From the IMG/VR virus record IMGVR_UViG_3300025889_000100: a stretch of DNA of 64,000 bases. The stretch is one strand, 5' to 3'. Positions 37,639-46,714 of this stretch are shown here, piece after piece. The notes beneath the pieces are model-generated. The model made no database searches. It saw only the letters and a list, made by a program, of their open reading frames with translations, and had not been told where the DNA came from. Origin of the DNA: an uncultured virus (IMG/VR IMGVR_UViG_3300025889_000100). Lineage: Duplodnaviria; Heunggongvirae; Uroviricota; Caudoviricetes. Numbering within the stretch: position 1 is the stretch's first letter; each line of letters opens with the position of its first letter. A program made the translations under genes and the position numbers.

Positions 37639-38943
37639 ATGGGAACAGTTCGCTCGCCAAGTGATTATACCACAATCAATGTAGATTATTCTACTGGAAG
37701 TGGTTTTTATACAGACAAGGGAGCAGTTTCTGATTTGCTTCAAGTTTCAGCATTTTCCGCCTCCACAAACCCCACGCAAGCGCAGGTCGGTTCTATCATT
37801 AAGAGGGTCGAGGGAATCATAGATGACAAAGTTAAGAGGTCGTTTCGCCCGATTATTACTCAACATGAATATCATAACTTTGAATTCATTAGGCATCCCG
37901 CTAGAGCATACTATGGTGGCTATGTTGGATATGTTCAACTTTCTATGATGAAAGTAAGAAAGATTGTTTCTCTTCAGGTATGGCAGGGAAGTAGTTATAT
38001 TGAATTGGCATCAGCACAAGCAAAAATCGAACTACTTGAGAATTATAGAGACATTTATTCAATAGTATTGCAATTGCCAAATAGCGGAACAGAATTTGAA
38101 ATGCTTTCAGAAGATACAGGTTCTCTACAAAAAACAGAATTTAATACATCTTTTGGAGAAAAGACAACTGCTAATGAATTAGTTGCTTTAATCAATGAAC
38201 AGTTCCCATCGCCAACTGCACAATTTACAGGTGCAACAGAAGCAAAAGAATTACATGTTAGTAATAGAAATATTTCAGATTTCTTTTACGCACAAAAGAA
38301 TACAGAAAATTCAAAGGAAGTATTTATTTCTTCACTATTGGCTGGTGAAGATGGTTCTGATTGCACAATTAAAGTAAAGACTCAACAAGCAATAACTCAT
38401 ACAAATGGAAGTTTTAATCTTGTTGTTGCTGATTCATCTAAATTAGTTGTGGGTATGGAGATTGAAGATAATCATATTCCAAGTGGAACTACAATTACTG
38501 CTATTGTAGATTCAACTAATGTTACTATGTCTGCATCAGCAACAAATACTGGTTCAAGCACAGGAACATTTATCGCAACAAATACTTCTATTCCAACAAT
38601 TTGCACAGTAACTCAATTTACAGATAAACAAGATGTAAGAAGATTAGGTTCTTTTTGGAATATCGGAGAAGAAGGTAAAATTTTCTTCTTGCAGGATTAT
38701 CCATATCATACTCAGAATTCTATTATTGTTTCGTATATTGCAGGAGATAATAGAGTACCTGCGGCTATTCACGAAGCAGCCACAAAATTAGTTGCGGCAG
38801 AAATACTGCGACATGATGACCAAACTATCCTTATTGCTGATACTGGGGGCAATATATCAACCAAGGAAAAGTATGATATACTGCGAAAGGAAGGCATGGA
38901 TATACTCAAAGGCAAGGGAGATTTAGTTTATTTCTTAGGGTGA
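37639..38943 (+). CDS. Head-tail adaptor with inserted beta domains
   Basis: N-terminal helix IIKRVEGIIDD and C-terminal VSYIAG...VPAAIHEAATKLVA typical of gp15/gp6-like adaptors; position. Confidence 0.7.
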   Translation: MGTVRSPSDYTTINVDYSTGSGFYTDKGAVSDLLQVSAFSASTNPTQAQVGSIIKRVEGIIDDKVKRSFRPIITQHEYHNFEFIRHPARAYYGGYVGYVQLSMMKVRKIVSLQVWQGSSYIELASAQAKIELLENYRDIYSIVLQLPNSGTEFEMLSEDTGSLQKTEFNTSFGEKTTANELVALINEQFPSPTAQFTGATEAKELHVSNRNISDFFYAQKNTENSKEVFISSLLAGEDGSDCTIKVKTQQAITHTNGSFNLVVADSSKLVVGMEIEDNHIPSGTTITAIVDSTNVTMSASATNTGSSTGTFIATNTSIPTICTVTQFTDKQDVRRLGSFWNIGEEGKIFFLQDYPYHTQNSIIVSYIAGDNRVPAAIHEAATKLVAAEILRHDDQTILIADTGGNISTKEKYDILRKEGMDILKGKGDLVYFLG

Positions 38944-38949
38944 TTAAAG

Positions 38950-39723
38950 ATGTATGATGATATTATGAAAGCGGAAACTTATGCAGAAACTTACGTTGCT
39001 ATTTCTAAAATGAGCAACGAAGAAGTAAATAATTTATTGAGAGATTTAGTAGGGCCAAATAAAGATAATGTTCCAAATGCTCCTAATTTACCCTTGACTC
39101 CACAAGAAATGGAAAGAATAAATCAAATGAGACGAGCAGGTAAAGATATGCCTTTAACTATCCAAGATAAAAAATTCTTAACTGATGCAGTTAGAAATGC
39201 AAAGAAAAGAAAAGTAAATAAAAAAAGAACTGCATTTCAACAAGCGTTAAATAAACCAAGAAAAGTTGAAAATCCAGTAAAAAGGGCTAAAAGATTAGGT
39301 CAAACACAACAACCTGCCCAAACTTCATTAAATCCGAAACAGCAACAGGCTATGGAAATGTTTAATCAGGTTCAAGAAAATAAAAGAAGAAGATTAGCCC
39401 AACAACAACAAGTTCCTTTACCACAAAAAAACGTTCCATTACCTAAAACACCAAGAACAATGTCTAACGAGGAAATGCAACGAAGAATGAAAGCAAGAAG
39501 AAAAAGAGAACAATCTCAACAACAACCTCAGCAACAACCCCAAACAACACAACAACAGCCATTTCCACCAGCACCTCCAAGAGAGATTCCTTTTCCGCCA
39601 CCATCTCAACAACCTCAACAAACACAACGAGAGTTACCACCAAGAGTTAAATCACTTTTACAAAGAAAACCAAGAAGAGTAATTAGAAGAAAGCAACCAG
39701 TTACAGTAAATCCCAAAGCGTGA
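38950..39723 (+). CDS. Q/P-rich low-complexity protein with variant leader (MYDDIMK)
   Basis: ORF track. Confidence 0.75.
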   Translation: MYDDIMKAETYAETYVAISKMSNEEVNNLLRDLVGPNKDNVPNAPNLPLTPQEMERINQMRRAGKDMPLTIQDKKFLTDAVRNAKKRKVNKKRTAFQQALNKPRKVENPVKRAKRLGQTQQPAQTSLNPKQQQAMEMFNQVQENKRRRLAQQQQVPLPQKNVPLPKTPRTMSNEEMQRRMKARRKREQSQQQPQQQPQTTQQQPFPPAPPREIPFPPPSQQPQQTQRELPPRVKSLLQRKPRRVIRRKQPVTVNPKA

Positions 39724-39727
39724 TTAA

Positions 39728-39922
39728 ATGAATAGCCTAAAAATATTCAAAGAGATGCTAAATCTTGAAAAAGAAAGACAATTAGCAACTCAGGAATTAT
39801 CACAATTATTAGGAATAGATATATCATTTAGCGATGAAGAAGTAATTAAAAATGCCGAAGAACAAACGGTAAAACATATCGAAAAGAAACTCGCTGAAAA
39901 AATAAATAACATGGTGAAGTAA
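39728..39922 (+). CDS. Small hypothetical neck-region protein
   Basis: ORF track. Confidence 0.65.
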   Translation: MNSLKIFKEMLNLEKERQLATQELSQLLGIDISFSDEEVIKNAEEQTVKHIEKKLAEKINNMVK

Positions 39923-40432
39923 ATGGATGAAGTAAGTCTGCTTATTGATTTAGTTTCGTCGAATTGGTCAAGTTCGGCAACTACTTTACAAAGTGCAGGA
40001 ACTATTTCAGCAGACCATGTAGCAACTCCAAACTTTGTTGATGTTAGAACATTAGAAAGAGGAAAGGGAGTTAGATATGATTTGTCATCTAAAGATGTTA
40101 TTATCTTTTTTGAAGATGGACAAAATCTAGAATACCCAACAGTTCACTTTGACGTTAGAAATGAAACATACACATTTACTATGCATATAAGAACAGTTCA
40201 CGACGAAAGGGCGGGAACAGATACGAATTTCGGGCGTGATAGGCTAAGGGCTTTATACTTGGTCGCCCGTCATGCACTTGAGCGAGGTCGAAGAGGCTAT
40301 ACTGCAAGTGATGGGTCTAAATTCAATCAAATCTTTGTAGGTTCAAGAAGCGAATCAAATGACCGAGCAAAGAGATTATTTGGATATAAATTAAGTATAG
40401 AAGCAAAAAGATTCGCATTAAGTATTCCCTAG
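39923..40432 (+). CDS. Tail terminator/completion protein candidate
   Basis: Size, alpha/beta pattern and position immediately before the tail tube gene. Confidence 0.55.
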   Translation: MDEVSLLIDLVSSNWSSSATTLQSAGTISADHVATPNFVDVRTLERGKGVRYDLSSKDVIIFFEDGQNLEYPTVHFDVRNETYTFTMHIRTVHDERAGTDTNFGRDRLRALYLVARHALERGRRGYTASDGSKFNQIFVGSRSESNDRAKRLFGYKLSIEAKRFALSIP

Positions 40433-40461
40433 TAAGTAAGTAAAGGAAGGGGAGATTAAAG

Positions 40462-42105
40462 ATGGCAGTAAATACAGACATATTTTTAGGCAGTGGCGCA
40501 ACTTTGACTATGATTCCAGAATTGGATTTAAAAGTCATATTAGATACAACAAGCACAAGCACAAGTTTAGTTGCTGATGCTCTTTGGTCAGATAATGTAA
40601 GAATGGTAGAAAATCTCTACGTTGGTTGCGTTATTGATTTATTTGATGCATCTGTTTCACCAACAGAAGCCCATTCTACTCACGTTATTACTGCTAATGA
40701 TGCTACATCTTTTACAATTTCTCCAGCCCATAATTTAGGAACTTTACAAGATGCAACAGATTTCATTGTTATTAGAGGATATGGCGCACCTGCTCCAACA
40801 ACCCTAACAGGTTCTATTGCACGATTAAGTGCAGATAACTGGTTAGGTATTTTAGAAAGTGCTACTTTCCCAAATCTTGAAGTGGAAATGAAACAATTTA
40901 ATATTTCATTAGGTGGAACAAGAAACTTTTCTCATCAATTTAAAGGAATTGAAACTGCAAGCGGGGCAAGTTTAAATATCATTAATAATCAAGGAACATG
41001 GCTTTATTATGCTTTAGGTAAATGTACACAAATTAACGCAACCTTTACTGGAAGTTCTTCATTAGACCCAGCAACTCCACCATATATTGCCCATGCAAAC
41101 AATGTTCATTATCTAGATATTGGAGAAAATGCAGCCGCAAAAGCATTTAGTGATAACATTACAGGCTTTACATCAACAGGGCCAATCTTTTATAGAACTG
41201 CAAAGGATTCTACTTTTATGATTCCTCCAGTAGCAAATCAAGATACTGCAACACATATGGCACTATTGACATTACCATCATACAATGCAAGTGGTGTTCT
41301 AACAAACCCAATTAAATATACATTTGGAGAAGCAAATGGTGAAGAATTGCCTTCTTTTGGATTAGAACAAAACATGAGTAAATTAGAAACATCAAATCCA
41401 CACAGAACAGGAGATACTACATTAGCAACAGAATCTCATAATTTTGTTCGTATTGCAAGAGGTAATCGAGTAAATACTTTAACAATGACAGCAAATGAGA
41501 ATGAAGAAGTTAAGATGACTCTTGATTTAAATACAAGAACTGTTCACAAACTTAAGACTGATGAAGCATATGAAGGTCGTGCGGGTGTTGATGACAATGC
41601 TGATTTGTTTAACTTTGGAAGTGGTTCAAATACATTAACAGCGACAGGAGAAGAATCTCTTGAACCTTTCTTCTTTTCAAGTGGTGCTTTCACTATCTTC
41701 GGACAACAATTCCTTAAGATTACAAATATGACATTAACTATCAATAATAATCTACAAGACAAGAGATTCGTAGGAATTGGCAACAAATCCGTTAAGTCTG
41801 CTATTCCTGCACAAAGAACTTATGAAATTTCGTTTACTGCTATGGTTACAGATAATCAACTATTTGAAGAACTTCTTGACCAAACAGAAGAAGGCACAAG
41901 CAATCTTATTACTCTACAATTTGATAAGAATGCTCCTGATGGAACCCTCAATGAACAAATTCTATTAAAGTTCCAAGATTACTTCTTAAGTTCAGCAAAC
42001 ATTACAATTCCAGATGATAAAGGGCCAATTACTATCGAAGGAACAGTAATGCCAAGAAATCTAAACACTTGTGAAGTTAGAACTCACTGGGTTTTACAGG
42101 GGTGA
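40462..42105 (+). CDS. Major tail (tube) protein with extra domains
   Basis: C-terminal tube-like segment ITNMTLTINNNLQ...RTYEISFT; lies upstream of the chaperone and tape measure genes. Confidence 0.75.
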   Translation: MAVNTDIFLGSGATLTMIPELDLKVILDTTSTSTSLVADALWSDNVRMVENLYVGCVIDLFDASVSPTEAHSTHVITANDATSFTISPAHNLGTLQDATDFIVIRGYGAPAPTTLTGSIARLSADNWLGILESATFPNLEVEMKQFNISLGGTRNFSHQFKGIETASGASLNIINNQGTWLYYALGKCTQINATFTGSSSLDPATPPYIAHANNVHYLDIGENAAAKAFSDNITGFTSTGPIFYRTAKDSTFMIPPVANQDTATHMALLTLPSYNASGVLTNPIKYTFGEANGEELPSFGLEQNMSKLETSNPHRTGDTTLATESHNFVRIARGNRVNTLTMTANENEEVKMTLDLNTRTVHKLKTDEAYEGRAGVDDNADLFNFGSGSNTLTATGEESLEPFFFSSGAFTIFGQQFLKITNMTLTINNNLQDKRFVGIGNKSVKSAIPAQRTYEISFTAMVTDNQLFEELLDQTEEGTSNLITLQFDKNAPDGTLNEQILLKFQDYFLSSANITIPDDKGPITIEGTVMPRNLNTCEVRTHWVLQG

Positions 42106-42109
42106 TTAT

Positions 42110-42214
42110 ATGGATAAGTATGATAAACTACGCCTTAAGGAACAATTGGCTAAGAAGCCAAAAGAAACTAAAAAGGAAACTCCAAAAAAGACTACAAGTA
42201 AATTACAAGAATAA
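42110..42214 (+). CDS. 34-aa Lys-rich peptide, missing from ORF track
   Basis: GGTGA RBS; translated by hand. Confidence 0.5.
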   Translation: MDKYDKLRLKEQLAKKPKETKKETPKKTTSKLQE

Positions 42215-42263
42215 TATTCCACCAACACCGTTTGTTTGTTTGTTGGTATAGAAGGTGGATGAA

Positions 42264-42632
42264 ATGTTAAACGAAAAAAAAGTTGTTACAGATAAGAGTG
42301 TATTATTTGCACTAACCGAGCCTACGCTACATTATATTAAAGTAGCACCCGAAAGTAATGAATATCTCAAGGTGTGGGTAAAAGAACCTACTTGGCTTGA
42401 AGCCGAAAAAGCCTTGAATAGTGTGATGAAGATTGATTCTCGCACACAATCGTTAGACCTCGACTTAAATGCGATGTATCGCTATATGGTTGAGAATTTC
42501 ATCTCAAAAACAGAACCTTCATTATCAACAATTGATATGCTTAAATTAAGCCCCTATGTTGGTAATCAGATAAAAGAAATTCTTCCTAATCCAATGAGTA
42601 TGGTGCAGGAGGATGAAGAAAAAAACGATTAA
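42264..42632 (+). CDS. Tail assembly chaperone (gpG-like)
   Basis: Position before the tape measure gene; ends in a slippery heptamer. Confidence 0.75.
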   Translation: MLNEKKVVTDKSVLFALTEPTLHYIKVAPESNEYLKVWVKEPTWLEAEKALNSVMKIDSRTQSLDLDLNAMYRYMVENFISKTEPSLSTIDMLKLSPYVGNQIKEILPNPMSMVQEDEEKND

Positions 42633-42838
42633 TTAAAGAAGCAGTAAGAGGTCGAGGAAATGACCATAAAACTGCTTCTTTAGTCGTCGTTTATATGCTT
42701 TCAAAAGCATTGGCAATTAGCCCATTAGAGATTTACAAAATGCCAGTTTCTTTAGTTAAAGACTTACTTAGTGTTCATATGCACGTTGAAGAAGTTAAAG
42801 CCGAAGAGTTAGAAAAACATAAAAGAAACATAAAGTGA
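42620..42838 (+). other. Programmed -1 frameshift site (A AAA AAC, 42620-42626) and gpT-like extension
   Basis: The -1 frame is open to TGA 42836-42838 and encodes ...LAISPLEIYKMPVSLV... Confidence 0.8.
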
Positions 42839-42842
42839 TACA

Positions 42843-44867
42843 ATGTCAAAAATAGATGAAGCAAAGGTAGGAGTTACTGAATTAAGTGATTCTTTAAAAA
42901 GCCTAGAAGATGCATCATTTAAGGCAGGTATCGAGTTTCAAGGAATGTTAGGCAGTTTAACAAAGGCTGCATACAGTTTAAATGATGCTGGTAAAGGTTG
43001 GACTACATTTAGCCGATTAGTTTCAGGAAGCCCACTTTGGGCAATTCAAAATAAATTTAGAGCATATTTGTCTATTCTTGCTTCATTTGAACAAAGGTCA
43101 AAAAATAATACTAATGCTCAAATAGAACAAAGAAAAAGAGTATTAGATAACTTTGAAGCAACAAAGAAATTAAATGAAAGTGTTAAGGACTTAAGTAAAA
43201 TTAAAAGAATGGAAGTTAATCTAATTGAACAGGAAATAAAATTGAATGACCAGTTAGAAAAACAACAGAAAAGAAAAAATGAGTTACTAGACCTAGAAGC
43301 GGCATTAAAGGCAGAAGGGCTAGATAAAGGTCCTGAATTAATCAAAGACTTAGAAAAAAGAGATAAGGCTATAAAGGAACTTACAGAAAGAATAACTAAA
43401 TTAAATAGAGGAATAGGAGATAGTTCTAAAGAAATAATGGAAGAAGTCAAAAGCCTAGATATTTACAAATATACTTTAGCCGCAACAGGTAGTGAAGAAA
43501 AGGCATTTATTAGAGCCAAAGCAGAATTAATAGAAAAACAAAAAGAAGCAAATAAACAACTTAAGCAAGGAGAAAGGGCTTTAAAAGAACAATTTGCTTT
43601 TGATAAGAAAAGACTAGAATTTCAAATGAAAGCGGCTGAAAAAGAGGCAAAAAGACAAGGATTAACAGGAAGAGCAAGAAAAAAATTCCTCAAAGAACAA
43701 AGGCAACTTGGTCAAAGAAAAATGAAAGAAGACCAAAAAGAGGCAATTAAAACTGTTAAAAAAGAAAACCTCAGAACAGAAAGTAAAACATCTTCCAATG
43801 AAGGAATTAAAGAAGACTTTAAGGGAATGAAACTCGCTCTTGCTCCTTTTTTGCCACTTATAGGAGTTTATAGATTAGCAAAAAACCAAAGAAAAATTGC
43901 ATTAAAAGCGCAAAAATTTAGGGCTTCTATGATTCCTGTTTTAAATTTAGCATTTAAGTTCTTTGTCTTTGGCATTATGGGTATTCTTGCATTCTTGTTA
44001 TTTATCAAAGGTGCTTACGAAGTTTTCAAGATTTTAAAGGAAATGGGGCTAATCGAGGAAATAAAAGAATTTTTCTTTGCCGCTTGGGAGATAGCACTAG
44101 GATTTATAGGAGTAATAAGTACATTTATTTCTGGAGACTTTAAGAAAGCATTTAAAGATTTAGGGCCACTTTTAGATAAAGTATTTATTCTTGCCTTAAA
44201 TGGTTTAGGTTTATTTATTAAGGTAGCATGGGAAACAATTGTTGCTACATTTTATGTAATGATTCAGTTTTTCCATGACTTAGTTCGTGACCCCGACTTA
44301 CAGGCAAGAGCAATTAGTATAGGATTAAAAATAGGAAAAATTATATTAGGTGCTTATTTGGTCAAAACTCTTGCATTAATGGCATTACAATTAGTTGCTG
44401 CTTATGCTGCACCAATTCTTCTAGGAGTATTTATTCTAGCAGGTCTTTATGCTTTGGCTAAATTTGTATTTGATAGATATGCCTTAGCAATTGTAAAACC
44501 TTTCCATATGTTTTTTGACTTTATTACAGATATAGGCGCATTTGTTAGAGATGCATTAATTGATATAAAAGACTTCGTTAAGGACTTAAGCCCATTTTCT
44601 GAAGGAGGAAGAGTCAATTCTAATTTTCAATTAGTTGGAGAAAAAGGCCCAGAAATTGTAAAAATGCCGAGAGGCTCTACTGTTTATTCAAATGCAGTAA
44701 GTAAGCAAATGATTTCAAGAGGTTCTAATACAGTAGTCAATAATATGAGCATTACAATAAATGCTAGAGATACTTCTGATGCAGAACTAAGACGCATTGC
44801 AGATAAAATAGGAAACATGGTTAATAACAAAATTAACAGAAGAACATCTTCAAGAACATTAGGGTGA
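42843..44867 (+). CDS. Tail tape measure protein
   Basis: Coiled coil, hydrophobic helical region, C-terminal GG...VGEKGPEIV motif. Confidence 0.85.
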   Translation: MSKIDEAKVGVTELSDSLKSLEDASFKAGIEFQGMLGSLTKAAYSLNDAGKGWTTFSRLVSGSPLWAIQNKFRAYLSILASFEQRSKNNTNAQIEQRKRVLDNFEATKKLNESVKDLSKIKRMEVNLIEQEIKLNDQLEKQQKRKNELLDLEAALKAEGLDKGPELIKDLEKRDKAIKELTERITKLNRGIGDSSKEIMEEVKSLDIYKYTLAATGSEEKAFIRAKAELIEKQKEANKQLKQGERALKEQFAFDKKRLEFQMKAAEKEAKRQGLTGRARKKFLKEQRQLGQRKMKEDQKEAIKTVKKENLRTESKTSSNEGIKEDFKGMKLALAPFLPLIGVYRLAKNQRKIALKAQKFRASMIPVLNLAFKFFVFGIMGILAFLLFIKGAYEVFKILKEMGLIEEIKEFFFAAWEIALGFIGVISTFISGDFKKAFKDLGPLLDKVFILALNGLGLFIKVAWETIVATFYVMIQFFHDLVRDPDLQARAISIGLKIGKIILGAYLVKTLALMALQLVAAYAAPILLGVFILAGLYALAKFVFDRYALAIVKPFHMFFDFITDIGAFVRDALIDIKDFVKDLSPFSEGGRVNSNFQLVGEKGPEIVKMPRGSTVYSNAVSKQMISRGSNTVVNNMSITINARDTSDAELRRIADKIGNMVNNKINRRTSSRTLG

Positions 44868-44871
44868 TTAA

Positions 44872-45576
44872 ATGGCAGACTATCACGTTTATCTTAAACT
44901 GCAAAGTTATGCAGGTAATATTCAACAAAATACTATTCCTTTAAGAGCAACAGGTGTTTCTATTTCAGTTTCTAAAACTATTCCAGCGTTTCCTGTTCCT
45001 TTATCTGGTATTGCAACAGGTGAATCTATTACTGCGGCATTAGATTTAGGGATGGCTACAAAAAATGTATCGGTTAATGGATATATTATTGACGATACAA
45101 TTACTAAAGTTTTTGATGGAACTGCTACAACAAGAAAATTTACTGCTCATGAAATTGCACAAATGATTGCATCAGGTGTAGATTCAACAGGTTTAGCAAA
45201 AAATCAAGCGTTTTCAGAATTGGTTGTTCTTATGCCATCTTTTGTTGCGAGCGACTACAATTATCGAGGAACTTGTAGTATTGCTACTCATAAAAATAAA
45301 ACAAATTGCGAAGAAGCAGGTGGAACTTGGACACAAACAATAGATGAAAATTCCAATAGAGAAGATGGAATCAGTGTTCCTTTAATGTTTGGTTCAAGAG
45401 GAAATGCTCTTAGTTTAGATAATGCAAGAGTTCCATTACCATTAACGACATTTCCAGACAGTGATACAGAAACAGGAATTACAGGATTTGTAAGAAGTTT
45501 TTCATATGAATTAAATGCAGACACCTTTGAAATTACATTCAGTTTAGAATTTGAAGCGGCAAACATCTTCCCTTGA
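44872..45576 (+). CDS. Distal tail protein candidate
   Basis: Follows the tape measure gene; beta-rich; small CSIATH...CEEAGGTW insert. Confidence 0.55.
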   Translation: MADYHVYLKLQSYAGNIQQNTIPLRATGVSISVSKTIPAFPVPLSGIATGESITAALDLGMATKNVSVNGYIIDDTITKVFDGTATTRKFTAHEIAQMIASGVDSTGLAKNQAFSELVVLMPSFVASDYNYRGTCSIATHKNKTNCEEAGGTWTQTIDENSNREDGISVPLMFGSRGNALSLDNARVPLPLTTFPDSDTETGITGFVRSFSYELNADTFEITFSLEFEAANIFP

Positions 45577-45586
45577 GGTGAATTAA

Positions 45587-46714
45587 ATGTATAATACATT
45601 AATAGGAGAAAAAAGAAGTCTTGTCTTCCCTGTTATGTGTAATGCTCATGTTAAATTATCTTATGCAGATAACATACCCGATACGAACTCAAACACAGAT
45701 ACTTCTGATGATATTGCTTATGGTCTTTGGGCGCATGAAGGTTCTTTTACCTTTGAAAGTATAATTACTCCTTATGATGTAAATGGATATGGTAAATTTT
45801 CAACAGGAGGAACAATACCAACCTTTACTCCATCTAAGAAAATAATGCCTTCAAATCATCATCAAAGTTCTCCAAATGACTATGAAAGCCAACTATATTT
45901 ACCAGTTGCAGGAGGAAGACTAACTCATGAAATGAGAATATTTGATAATGATAACTTTAAAATATCTTTGTTAAATTCTACATTATTAAACGAGAATCAA
46001 CCTGCTGAATATAAAATAAAAGCAGAATTAACCATTGGGACGACTACTGAAACATTTACATCTGATAAAGTAATCCTTCCTAATTTTTCATATTATAATG
46101 AATATGAAACAAATCAGAACCATGTAAATAAAGAAGGATTTGCTCAATATAGATATGTAGGGGCTTCTATTATTGGAAATCATTCAGCAGGTGATACGGT
46201 CATTAACGTATTCGTGAACACCTTTGCGGTAGGTCAGGAGTTGTTCGTTTTTGATACTACAAATGGCTTTAGGTCAATCGGTACGATAGCCTCCGTAGGC
46301 GGAAGTAACATTACGCTATCAAGCGGTCTTCCCTTCGATGTCGCCTCCCTAAGCCGTGTGTTTTTCAAAGGCTTTGCAAACCCTTCTTACATAAATAATA
46401 CATACCATGTAGCCTTTGTTCTTAATGATAATGGCAATTCTGTAAATATATTCCTTAATGGTAGAATTGTCTTATCGTCTTCTCATAGCGTAAAGACAGC
46501 ATTTAGTTTCGCTAGAACAGATACATTTTTAGGTGCTAATGGGACACTATCAAAAGGAACGAGTTCAGCGATTACAAATAAACAATTTATGGGAGAGTTT
46601 CATGAATTATCAATTATTGATATTCCTAAATTAAAATTTCCAAATGTAAATACGCTATTACCTTCTTTAGATGAAACGCTTCTATATTTAAGATTTGAGG
46701 AGATTGATTTATAA
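45587..46714 (+). CDS. Tail protein with LamG/concanavalin-like domain
   Basis: FTFESII, YHVAFV...IFLNG, FLGA and FMGEFHELSI segments. Confidence 0.7.
   Translation: MYNTLIGEKRSLVFPVMCNAHVKLSYADNIPDTNSNTDTSDDIAYGLWAHEGSFTFESIITPYDVNGYGKFSTGGTIPTFTPSKKIMPSNHHQSSPNDYESQLYLPVAGGRLTHEMRIFDNDNFKISLLNSTLLNENQPAEYKIKAELTIGTTTETFTSDKVILPNFSYYNEYETNQNHVNKEGFAQYRYVGASIIGNHSAGDTVINVFVNTFAVGQELFVFDTTNGFRSIGTIASVGGSNITLSSGLPFDVASLSRVFFKGFANPSYINNTYHVAFVLNDNGNSVNIFLNGRIVLSSSHSVKTAFSFARTDTFLGANGTLSKGTSSAITNKQFMGEFHELSIIDIPKLKFPNVNTLLPSLDETLLYLRFEEIDL

Noticed and set aside
37750..46370. Short GC-richer patches inside genes (about 37760-37850, 40205-40295, 46200-46370)
   Set aside because: Might be RNA structure or internal promoters, but I could not define a shared motif.
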